Below are positions 48,901 through 60,400 of a stretch of 64,000 bases of DNA, in pieces. Below the pieces are notes generated by a model, which saw nothing but the letters and a program-made list of their open reading frames with translations, was not told the origin of the DNA and did not search any database. The translations under genes and the position numbers were made by a program. This DNA comes from Hemiscyllium ocellatum (lineage: Eukaryota): contig NW_026867442.1 of assembly GCF_020745735.1 (NCBI RefSeq), positions 297,040 to 361,039 of the forward strand, in the 5' to 3' direction. Within the stretch, counting starts at the first letter, position 1. Every line of letters begins with the position of its first letter.

Positions 48901-51239
48901 ATGCAATCTTTGGCAATCATCCCCATTTACGAGTTTGCCTTGAGTTGCAATATCTGTTTGGAGTCTGTCCTATTTAGTACGGTGATAGTACCACACAACA
49001 CAATGGAGGGGATTCTCAATGTGAAGGTCAGACTTTGTTTCCACAAGGACTGTGTGATGGTCACTCTTACCAATACTGTCAAGGATAGATGCATCTACAG
49101 CCACAAGATTGGTGAGGATGGGGTCAAGCATCTTTTTCCATCTTTTTGGTTCCAGCTGCAGAGCCAGTCCCTCAGCTACATCCATGAGGAACCAACCAGC
49201 TCGATCAGTAATGCTGCTGCCGAGCCACTCTCAGTGGTGGACATTGAAACCCCCCACCCAGAGTACACTCTCTGCTGTCATCACCCTCAGTGCTTCCTCC
49301 AAATGTTGTTCAACATCCAGGAGAGACTGATTCATCAGCCGAGGGAGCAAGATATCTTGTAATCACCAGGAGGTTTCCTCGCCCATGTTTAACCTGGTGT
49401 CATGAGGTCCAGAGCCAACTTTGAGATTTCCCAGGGTAACTCCCTTCTGGCTGTAGACCACTGTGTCATCAGCTCTGCTGGGTCTGCCTTTCTGGTGGGA
49501 CAGGACACATGCAGGGACAGTGATGGTGGTGTCTGGGACATTGTCTGTATGGTTCTGTGAGTATGACAGTGTCAGGCTGTTGCTTGAGTAGTCTGTGAGA
49601 CAGCTCTCCTGAATTTGGCACTAGCTCCCAGATGTCAGTAAGGAGGATGGAGCAGGGTAGACAGGACTGTTTCTGTCATTGTCTTTTCGGTGTCTAGATC
49701 GATGCCTGTGGTCCGTCCGGTCTCATTTCTTTGTTGAAACATTGTCATAATTGATACAACTGAGAGCCTTGCGCGGCCATTTCAGAGGGCACTAGAGAGT
49801 CAACCACATTGCTAGAGGACAGTGCCGTGTACCCCAGCAGTACATTCCGACCTCCCCCACTTCCCCATTCTGTATATGGAAGGCGGAAGCCTGCCAGCAG
49901 GATATTCAACCGCAGGAGCTATCACAGCCCGTGTGCAATTCTGTCCCCACATTAAATCCACACAAATCTTGAATTCACATAACTCCTTCAATGTCCAAAC
50001 ATTCCACGAATGTACACAAAGTTGCAGTAAGAGGGATGGGGGAGGGGTGGAGGAACATAAGAACTAGGAGCAGGAGCAGGCAATTCAGCCCCTCGAGCCC
50101 ACTCCACCATTTAATACAATCATGGCTGATCCCATCTCAGACTCAACTCCACTTTCCTGCCCACTCTCCATCATCCTTTAACCCATTACCCATTAAATAT
50201 CTGTCCATCTCCTCCTTGGTGTGAGACAGGGAAGGGACCACTCCATTTCAGAAAAGACTGACCATGGAAGGGGAAGGAGAGGGGAAGGGATTGGAACATG
50301 TTGTGAATGGACAGGATGGGTCAGTGGGTCAGAGCTTGTCCTGTGCCTCCAACTCACACTGATGATCTGAGGATCTCCTCTCTCTGCTGGGCCTTCATGG
50401 AATGAGCTTTGTGTCCAAATCAGTCCCCAGTGAGAATAGGCCAACAGCACAGAACAGCACAGAACTGCCCTTCATTTGACCAGAATCTGTCCATCTTCCT
50501 GAGAGAGGCCAAACCCTGGTCAACGTGGAAATAGGGCCTTACTCCAGGAGAAGACAGGGGTCAAGGGTTAACATCCATTAGTGGGGCAGAGCAGAGGGAG
50601 ATTTATCCTGCATTCAACTGTCACCACCCAGGACACTGTCAGAAAGAGAGAGCAGTGAGACAGAGAGAGAGATGGAGGGAAAAATAGTGAGTGTGGGCGT
50701 GCGTGTGTGTGTGTGAGTGAGAGAGAGAGAGAAAGAAAGAAAGTGAGAGAGAGAGATAGAGGGACGAGCATCTGATACGGTGTAAGATATGTGAGGGGAC
50801 CAAGAGAGAGGTAGAGGGAGGTAGAAATGGTGAGGCTGAGGGATAGAGAGTGAAACAAGATGTGAGACAGTGTGACTGAGAGGGATGGAGAGAGAAAAAG
50901 AGACAAGGAGAGAGAGAGAGAGAGAGTGAGAGACAGGATGGGTGTGAGACTAAGCATGAAGAGAGTTGAGAGGGAGGGTAGGGTTGAGTGTGAGAGAGAG
51001 AGATGAGTATGGGTAGATTTATAATGACAGAGAGAGAGAGGGAGAGAGACTGTAAATTGGGAGGTCGAGAGGGAAGGAGAGAGAAAGAGGGAGGAATAGA
51101 GAGTGACAGATAACAATTGGAGGCTTTTAATTGAAGTGAGAGAGGGAGCGAGTAACAGAGACAGTGAGAGATGGAGAAACAGATGATAAGATGGAGTGAG
51201 AAAGCATCAGTGAGTTGGAGAGAGTGGCTATGAGACAGG

Positions 51240-51271
<32 letters not shown>

Positions 51272-52392
51272 ACATGAAAGAGATTAACAGTGGGAGAGAG
51301 AGGTAGAGGTAGAGAGAAAGAAATGGCAGATGTGAGTCAGAGAGAGAGAGGGACAGGTCCTGGTCACCACACTCTGGGAAGAATGTGATTGTACCTGAGA
51401 GGGTACAGGGGAGATTTCCCAGGATGCTGCCTGAATGTGAGCTTTGAGCAGTGAAGGCTTAACAGGGACCTGATAGAGAGGGATAAGATTATTCAGGACA
51501 GTGATAGGGTAGGTAGGATGGCACTTTTTACATGAGTAAAAGACTTAAAAACCTGGTACAGAGATTGAAGGTAACACAGACATGGACACGTAGAAACTTG
51601 GAGCAGCAGTAGGCCATTCGGCCCTTTGAGTCTGCTCTGTCATTCAGTATGATCATGGCTGTATCAATTTTTGAATGTCATAATTTCTTCGAGGGTCAGT
51701 GTGGGCTTGTCGGGCCAAATGGCCTGTTTCCACACTGTAGGCATTCTATGATCTATGGCTGATCCTCTCTCTCAAAGCCATATTCCTGCCTTCTCCCCAT
51801 TCTCTTCAAGCTGTTAAAATGCAAAACAATTATCTCTCTTGTTTTCTTGAATATATTCAGTTCCTTGTCCTCCACAGCCTTCAGTGGTAGCGAATTCCAC
51901 AGGTTGACCACCCTCTGAGTGAAGAAATGTTTCCTCATCTCAGTCCTAAATGGTCTACCCTGTATCCCCCTGAGCCTGTGTCCCCTGGTTCCAGACTCCC
52001 CAACCAGGGGAAACCTCCTCCCTGCCCAGCCCTGTTACAATTTTATATGTTTCAATCAGATCCCCTCTCATCGTTCTGAACACGAGTGAGTCCATGGCCA
52101 GGCGAGTTGGAGAGTTGGAGAGAGGAGAGTTGAGAAGAAATGTTTTCACCCAGAGGGTGGTGGGAGTCTGGAACTCACTGCCTGAAAGGCTGGTTGAGTC
52201 ACAAACTCTCGTGACATTGGAGCAGTGTTGCTGTAACCTCCAGGGTAACGGGCCAAGAGCTGGAGGATGGGATTAGTGTCATCAGATCGCTGTTTACCAG
52301 CACAGACACAATGGGCCAAATGGCCTCATTCAATGTTGATCACATCAATGACTCTGAGACAGAGAGAGAGAGAGAGAGAGAGAGTGAGGGGC

Positions 52393-52472
52393 TGACGTGG
52401 CTCTCTCTGCCTGATGCCATTTACATACTGAGGAACACCCAGTCAGACTCTCACAGGCTGCAGCTTTATAAA
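52393..52472 (+). promoter_or_regulatory. Right V promoter (CRE-like, octamer variant, TATA)
   Basis: TGACGT 52393-52398, ATTTACAT 52419-52426 (light-chain orientation, 7/8 match to ATTTGCAT), TATAAA 52467-52472; ATG at 52533. Confidence 0.75.
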
Positions 52473-52532
52473 GCAGAGCCCAGTGAAGGGAGAGTTTATC
52501 AGGAACCAGGCACAGGCACAGGAGCACACACC

Positions 52533-52581
52533 ATGATTTCACACATCCAGCTGATCTGGCCCCTGGCATTCTGTGTCGCAG
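52533..52581 (+). CDS. Leader exon of the functional V
   Basis: MISHIQLIWPLAFCVA(G), phase-1 GT donor at 52582. Confidence 0.92.
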
Positions 52582-52767
52582 GTACAAATCTCTCTCCTTC
52601 CACCTTGAATCTTTAGCTGCTCTCCATTTCACTCCAATTCCACTGACTTGTGATTGAAGGGAAAATGCTGAAACCAGAGGAATGCTCAGTGTCTCCAACA
52701 ATCTCTCATTTGACAGGCTCTTTCTGTGACAGTTCTGACTTCACTGTGTTTCTCTCTGACCCCTCAG

Positions 52768-53066
52768 GTATCAGTGGGGACATCACCATGACCCAGTCTC
52801 CCCCGGTGCTGTCAGTGGGACTGGGCCAGACCGCAACCATCACCTGTAAGGCCAGTCAAAGCATTAGCAGCTACCTTGCTTGGTACCAGCAGCGAGAAGG
52901 TCAGAAACCCTCTCTCCTGATCTACAATGCAGCAACTCGATTCACAGGAGTCTCCGATCGATTCACCGGCAGTGGATCAGGGACCAGTTTCACCCTGACA
53001 ATCAGCAACGTTCAGAATGAGGATGTCGCTGACTATTACTGTCAGCAGCATTACAGCTCCCCTCGA
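52768..53066 (+). CDS. IGKV: Ig kappa-type (type III/NS4-like) V exon, open reading frame
   Basis: Acceptor cccctcag|gt. (G)[52 protein letters not shown]...[15 protein letters not shown]; conserved Cys, WYQQ and YYC, no stop. Confidence 0.96.
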
Positions 53067-53094
53067 CACAGTGACACAGAGCTGTACAAAAACC
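53067..53094 (+). promoter_or_regulatory. 12-RSS of the right V
   Basis: CACAGTG + acacagagctgt (12) + ACAAAAACC. Confidence 0.96.
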
Positions 53095-53530
53095 TCAACA
53101 CGCACAACACCACCTCCTGGACTGACACATCGCACAGTTACATAAAATGTATAATAATGAACACACAGTCTCACCGCCTGAAGTGATATATCCAGTTAGA
53201 TCTGAATGAAACTGATCAAATTACCCCAAACTGGGATTTCCACTGTCCACGGCACACTCCAGTCCCTGTGGTGTCTCAACGCTCACTGAAGGCCTCAAGT
53301 TTCCCTCTTACACTACATGGCCACATGTGAAGAGCTGCCTCAAGATTTAACATCGAAAAATAAATTTCACAAACCTCCCGAGCCCAGCTGGAAACAACCC
53401 AGAGAGACAGAGAGAGAAAGACACATGAATGAGGGAGAGACAGAGAGGGGCAGGGAGAGGGTGAGAGTGAGTGAGAGACACACAGAGACAGAGAGAGGTT
53501 GACAGTGATAAGAGGGAAGCAGAGAGCTGA

Positions 53531-53569
53531 GGTTTTTGTACAGCCTCTGCACTGGGAGCTCTCACTGTG
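53531..53569 (+). promoter_or_regulatory. 23-RSS of the right J
   Basis: GGTTTTTGT + 23-nt spacer + CACTGTG. Confidence 0.96.
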
Positions 53570-53604
53570 GCTTACGTTCGGTAAAGGAACCAAGCTCAGA
53601 CTGA
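53570..53604 (+). CDS. IGKJ: Ig kappa-type J segment, right cluster
   Basis: LTFGKGTKLRL(S), canonical donor a|GTAAGT. Confidence 0.95.
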
Positions 53605-54446
53605 GTAAGTAAACCTCAATCCTCTGTTATTAACCCTGTCAATACTGAAACACACTTTCTAAAATACAGTTGCTGATTTGTTGAAGGTGTTAGTGGGAAG
53701 CTGCAGTGAATGAAATGGTTGATTGAGGAGCACTGTGTCTAACAGGGTGTCCAGCTGTATTTCTTTACTTTCATGCCCTCTTTAAAAAAAGCAAGATATA
53801 AGTCAGTAAGTTTTACTCACCGTGTGGAGGAGCTCTGTCCATTTGCAGCCTGTGGTCCCATTCCTGCAGCATGGAGTGAAATCAGTGAGTAGCCTCCTGC
53901 CAGTCTCAGTGTGACGGACACGGGCAGAGTTTGATGTGAGCTCTGGCTCCCTGTCCCAGTCTCTGATCTCACTGACCTCAGCAGCAGCAGCAGCACAGTG
54001 AGACACCGAGCTCCCACCTCCCCCAGCTTTAACTCTGCTCAATCACACAATCACAGAATTGTTACAGTGCACAAGAAGGCCATTCCGTCCATCCTGTCTG
54101 GACTAGCTCTCCGAATGAGCAATTCACTGAGTGTCATTCTCCTGCCTTCTCCCTGTCACCCTGCACATTGTTCCTTTTCAGATAACAGTCTCATTCCCTT
54201 CGGAATGTTTCAATTGAAGCTGCCTCCACCACACTCTCAGGCAGTGCATTCCACACCTTAACCACCCACTGGCTGAAAATGTTTTCCCTCATCTCACTTT
54301 TCTTACTTTTCCAATTACTTTCAATCTGTGGCCTCTCGGTCTCAATCCTTTCACAAGTGGAATCATTTTCTCCCTATTTACTCTGTTCCAGGCCCCTCCT
54401 GATTTTGAATTTCTGGAACAATTCTCCTCGCTGCCTTCTCCAAAGA

Positions 54447-54648
54447 CTTGAAGGTGCCGGTGTTGGACTGGGGTGGACAAAGTTAAAAATCACACAACAC
54501 CAGGTTATAGTCCAACAGGGGGTTTATTTGGAAGCACTAGCTTTCGGAGCGCCCCTCCTTCATCAAATGGTTGTCAGCGGCGCTCCAAAAGCTAGTGCTT
54601 CCACATTAACCTGTTGGACTATAACCTGATGTTGTGTGATCTGTAACT
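54447..54648. mobile_element. Right-arm-only family-B inverted Penelope-tail insertion with 11-bp target duplication
   Basis: ttctccaaaga at 54436-54446 and 54649-54659; the left arm (~15930-15945) has a single site. Confidence 0.8.
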
Positions 54649-55526
54649 TTCTCCAAAGAAGACAGTCCCAAATTCTCCAATCTATCTTCATAACTGATAT
54701 TCCTCATCCCTGGAATGATCTTTGTGCATATGTTTGCCAGCTCTACAAAACATTCACCTCCTTCCTGCATTATTCACATTATTTATGTCCCTCATGATTT
54801 TATAAACCTCTGTAAGGTCACTCCTCAGCCTCCGGCACTTCAGGGTAAAAGATCTCAGCTTTTCCAGCCACTAATGTTCACAGAGTCAGACAGCGTGGAA
54901 ACAGATCTTTCGGTCTAACTCCTCCATGCTAACTAGATATCCAAAACTGACCTCATCCCATTTGCCAGCATTTAGCCCACATCCCTCTAAACCCTTCCTA
55001 TTCATGTACCCATCCAAACATCTTTTAAATGTTATAATTGTATCCGTCTCCAGCACTTTCTCTGACAGCTCGATCCGGACACGCACCACCCTCTGTGTGA
55101 CAAGTTACCCCTTAGGTCCCTTTTGGATCTTTTGCCTCTCATCTTAAACCTATACCCTCTAGTTTTGCATTCCCTTTCCCAAGGCAAAGACCTGGGATGT
55201 ACACCCTGTCCATGCCTGTCAAGATTTTATAAACATCTATAAGGCCACCCCTCAGTCTCCGATCCTGCAGGAAAAATAACCTCTTCCGACAGTTCAAACC
55301 CTCCAGTTCCAGGCAACATCCATGTAAATCTTTTCTGCAGAATTTTAAGTTTAACAGCATCCTTCCTATCACAGGATGATCAGAATTGTTCACATTATTC
55401 CCAAAATAGCCTCACCAATTTCCTGTACAGCTGCAAATGATGTCCCAACTCTGATACTTAGTGCAGTGACCAATAAAGGCAAGTGTACCCAACACCTTCT
55501 TCATCTCCCTGTCTCCCTGTGACTTC

Positions 55527-55668
55527 NNNNNNNNNNNNNNNNNNNNNNNNNNNNNNNNNNNNNNNNNNNNNNNNNNNNNNNNNNNNNNNNNNNNNNNNNN
55601 NNNNNNNNNNNNNNNNNNNNNNNNNNNNNNNNNNNNNNNNNNNNNNNNNNNNNNNNNNNNNNNNNNNN
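55527..55668. other. Assembly gap (142 N)
   Basis: Run of N inside a CR1 fragment. Confidence 1.
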
Positions 55669-55806
55669 CTGCCCCTGCACCCTGAGGTCACTTTGTTGAG
55701 CAACACCCCACAGGGCCCCACCATTAACAGTATAAGTCCTGCCCTGGTTTGACTTTCCAAAATGCAACATCTCACATTTATCTAAATTGAACTCCATTTG
55801 TCACAC

Positions 55807-56018
55807 GTTTAGATCAGAGTGGTGCTGGAAAAGCACAGCAGGTCAGGCAACATCCGAGGAGCAGGAAAATCGACGTTTCAGGCAAAAGCCCTTCATCAGT
55901 ATTCCTCTAGCCGAAAAGTCGATTTTTCTGCTCCTCGGATGCTGCCTGACATGCTGTGCTTTTCCAGCACCACTCTGATCTAAACTCTGGTTTCCAGCAT
56001 CTGCAGTCTGCACTTTTG
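55807..56018. mobile_element. Right-arm-only family-C inverted Penelope-tail insertion with 14-bp target duplication
   Basis: tccatttgtcacac (55793-55806) and tccatttgccacac (56019-56032); single site in the left arm (~14900-14915). Hammerhead motif on the minus strand at ~55868-55903. Confidence 0.78.
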
Positions 56019-57419
56019 TCCATTTGCCACACCTCTGCCCATTTCCCCAAATGATCAAGGTCCCACTGTACTCTCAGATAAGCTTCTTCACTATCCACTG
56101 TACCACCAATTTTGGTGTCATTTACAAACTCGCCATAATTCCTATATTCACATCCAAATCATTTATTTAAATGATAAAAAGCCATGGACCCAGCACCAAT
56201 CCTTGTGGCACACAGCTGACATCTGATCTCCAGTCTGAAAAGCAACCACTTACCACCACTCTCTGTCTCCTATCTTGAAGTCATTTTTTTTACCCAAATG
56301 GCTAGCTCCCCCTGGATCCCATGTGGCCTAATCTTACTAATCAGTCTATCATGTGGAACCTTGTCAAATGCTTTGCTGAAGTCCATATAGACAGTGTGTA
56401 CTGTTCTGCCTACATCAATCTTCTCTTCAAACAACCTCAATCACGTTAGTGAGACATGATTACCATGCACAAAACTGCATTGATTGTCCAAATGCATGTA
56501 AATCCTGTCCCTCAGAATTCACTCCAATAACTTACCCAGCAATGACATCAGGCTCACTGGTTTATAGTTCCCTGGCTTTTCCTTACAGCCTTTCTTAAAT
56601 AATGGCTAACATTAGCCAACCTCTCTGGTTCTCCAGAACCTCACTCATGGCGGTCAATCAGAAACATACCTCAGCAAGGGGTCCAGCAATCTCTTTCCTA
56701 GCTTTCCACAATGTCCTGGGATACACCTGATCAGGTCCTGGAGATTTATCTACCGTCTTGCACTTTAAGAAATCCTCTTCTATAATGTGGACTTGTGTCA
56801 AGACATTACTATTTATTTCCCAAGTTCCCAAATTTCCATGTCTTTCTCCATGATAAATACTGACCTGGAATATTCATTTAAGACCTAAACCATTTCCTGT
56901 GGATCCACCCAGAGGTACATTGTTCATCTTCATGGGGCCCTATTCTCTCTCTAGTTACTCTTTTGCCCTTTTCTTATTTACCATAATTCTACCACTTTTG
57001 CCCTTGAGTAAGTTCAGGAATTGTTTGCCCTCCTTCAAATGTATCTCGAATATACCTGGTCCACATCCTCTACTATTCTTTTCAGGACTTTCCTGCCAAC
57101 CTTTGATCCAACTTTATTCAGATCCGATACATCCATATCCTATAGAAGCTGGCATTTTCCTCAGTGAAGATGTTTGACCCTGAAAAGGCCTTTGTTCTTT
57201 TCTACCGTCACCCTCAACTTTGTGATACAATGATCACTCTTCCTTAAGTGTCCTCTCACTGACACGTGATCCACTTGGGCCTCCTCATTCCCAAGATCCA
57301 GATCTAGCAGAGCCTCCTTTCTCATTGGACTGGAAACATGCAGCTGGAGAAAATTCACATGAACACACTCTCACGACTCTGGCCCCTCTGTCCTTCACAC
57401 TGCTACTACCCCAGTCTAT

Positions 57420-60400
57420 ATTCAGAAATTAAAGAAATTCCACCCCCCCCCCCAACCCCATTTGTAATGACTATTATATTTGCAGGTCACTGTAAATTCC
57501 TTGCAAATGTATTCCTCTAAATCCTTCCCATTGGGTGGTGACTTATTGACTGCACTGATGATTCTGTGGACCTTGGTGTTCCTCTCTGACAGTCCCTCCT
57601 GACTCCCACAGCTCTGCCAAGTTAGTTTAAACCCTCTCCAACAGCACGAGTAGATCACCTCAAAGGAGCTCAGTGCCAGCTCTGTTCAGGAGCAACGCTG
57701 TCTGGTCTATCCAGGTCCCATCTCCCCCAGACCCAGTCCCAATGTCACAAGAATCTAAAACCCTCCCTCCTGGATCCTCTTTCCAGCCCCACAGTCACTT
57801 GTGTTATCCTCCTGCTCCTCTTGTCACTTGCCTGGGGCACTGGGAGTAATCTGAAGATTCCTACTTTTGAGTTCCTGATGTTAATTCCCTTCTGAGCTCC
57901 CTAAATTCTGACTGCAGGACTACATCCCTTTTCTCCCTCTGTCACTGGGACCGATGTGGACCACGACTGCTGCCTGTTCCCCCTCTCCCCTCAGGGTGCT
58001 CTGCAGTCGCTCAGTGACATCCTTGACGCTGGCACCAGGGAGACAACACACCATCCTGGATTCCCATCTGCAGCTGCAGAAACACCTATCGATGCCCTCA
58101 GTCTCAAATCTCCTTTCACGATCACTCTTCCAGTCTTGCTAATACCACCGCCCCCCAGCCCCGGCAACCCCCCATTATAGCTGAGTCACCAGTGATGCCA
58201 TGGACTTGGCTCTGGCTGCACTCCCCAGATGAACCATCATTCTCATCAGGATTCTGAACTGTATCCTGGTTGGAGAGTAGGATGCCAGGGGACTCTTATA
58301 CTAGCTGCCTGATCCTTTTGGACTGTCTGCTGCTCCCCCATTCCCTCTCTCCCTGCATACTCTGAGGCTGCAGAGTGACCACATCTAGAAACGTGCTCTC
58401 CACGGAGCTCTCAGCCTCACGGACGCTCCGCACTGACACCAGCTGCTGCTCAAGCTCCAAAACCCAGAGCTCTAACTGCTGTCACAGACCTCACTTCCTG
58501 TACTCATGGTATTCCAGGAGCTGGGAAACATTCTGAAATTCCCACATGGATGCACACTCTCTCCACTCTTTGGTTGTCTCTTGGCAAAGTTCTGATGACA
58601 AACAGCTCCAGCAGGGCTCACAGTCCAGTGGGTTCAGTGTTCCAGGGTTTTGGGGAAACTCTCCAGAAGTCTTTAAGAAATAGGAGCAGAAATCAGCCAT
58701 TCAGCCCATTGAATCTGCTCTGCCATTTGATCTTGGCAGATATGCTTCTCACCCCCATTCTCCTGCCTACTCCACAGGAACGTTCGATCCCCTTCACAAT
58801 CACGAACCTATCTATCTCTGTCTTAAATACACTTAGTGACTTGGCCTCCCCTGCCCTCTGTAACAATGAGTTCCACAGATTCACCACCTTCTGGCTGAAG
58901 AAATTCCTCCTCACCTCAGCTCAAAAGGGTCGGCCCTTCATTCTGAGGCTGTGCCTTGGTTCCCGAGTCTGTCCTGCATCCACTCTATCCAGGCCGATCA
59001 GTATTCTGCAAATTTCAATCAGATCCCTCCTCATTCTTCTAAACTCCATCGAGTACAGACCCAGAGTCCTCAACCACGCCTCATATGACAAGCCTTTCAT
59101 CCCCAGGATCATTCTTGTAAACCCCTCCAATGCCAGCACATTGTTTCTTAGAATATGGGTCCCAAATCTGCTCACAATATTCAAAATGTGGTCTGACCAG
59201 AGCCTTACACAGCCTCAGCAGTACATCTCTGCTCTTGTATTCTGGCCCTATTGAAATGAATGCGAACATTTCATTTGCCTTCCCAAGCACAAACTGGACC
59301 TGCCTGTTAAACTGAAGGGAAACCTGAATGAGGTTTGTGCTTTAGATTTCCAAAGGCTTTCCTCATTTAGCAAACAGTCTTTGCATCTCTTCTTCCTCCC
59401 AAAGTGCACACCCTCACACTGTCACACATTGTATTCTATCTGCCACTTCTTTGCCCACTCTCCGAGCCTATCCAGGAGATTTTACAGCCTTCCCACTTCC
59501 TCAACACTACCTGTCCCTCCACCTACCTCATGTCACCTGCAAACTTAGCAACAATGTCTTCACTTCCTTCATCCAGATTGTTAATGTATAACGTGAATAG
59601 TTATGGCCATAACATTGACAACTGCAGAACTCTACTAGTCACCAGCGGCCATTGTTCCTCATGCTCTGCTTTATGCCAACCTGCCAGTCTTCAATCCATG
59701 CCACTACATTGCCACTAATACTGTGGGCGCTTATCTTATGTCAAATGCCTTGTGGAAATCCAAAGAGATTACTTCCTCGGACTCTCCTTTGTCTGACTGG
59801 CTCATTGCCTCCTCAAAGAATTCTAACAGATTTGCCAGGCATGACGTCTCCTTGATGAAGCCATTGCACTTCCAATCCTCTGCAATTTCATCCTTAAATT
59901 GAAGTCTAAAACCTTACCAACAACTGAGTCCTGGCTAACTGGCCTACAATGTCCCATCTTCTACCTCCCTCCCTTCTGAAACAGGGGTGGTATGTGAGCC
60001 ATTTTCCTGTCCCTTGCCCCCACCAAATCCGTCCCCATCTCACCTCCATACCCTGACTCCATTGATTACTGAAAGATCATCACCAATGCCTCCACAATCT
60101 CCTCAGCGATCTCCTTCAGAACACATGGGTGTAGTTCATCCAGTCTGGGTGCGTTATCCATATTCAGACCTTTCAGCTTCCCCAGTACCTCCTCCTTAGT
60201 GATGGCCACTACACTCCCCTCCGACCCCTGACAGTCTTGAATTACTGGGACACTGCTGGTGTTTTCCATGGTGCAGACTGAGGCAAAATATCTATTCAAT
60301 TCCTCTGCTATTCCTTCATTTCCTGTTATTCTTTCTCCAGCCTCATTTTCCAGTGATCCATAGTCTATTTTTGACTCCCTCTTCCTTTTTATACACCTGA

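Noticed and set aside
22900-49780. 22.9-23.5 kb and 48.75-49.8 kb LINE pieces as part of the inverted duplication
   Set aside because: They are in the same orientation, so they are independent insertions of one family.
52650-53186. 178-aa ORF as a single-exon gene
   Set aside because: It is read-through of intron + V exon + RSS; the real start is the spliced leader at 52533.
17121-53604. Germline-joined VJ genes (known in sharks)
   Set aside because: Both clusters have V and J separated by ~450-500 bp with their own RSSs.
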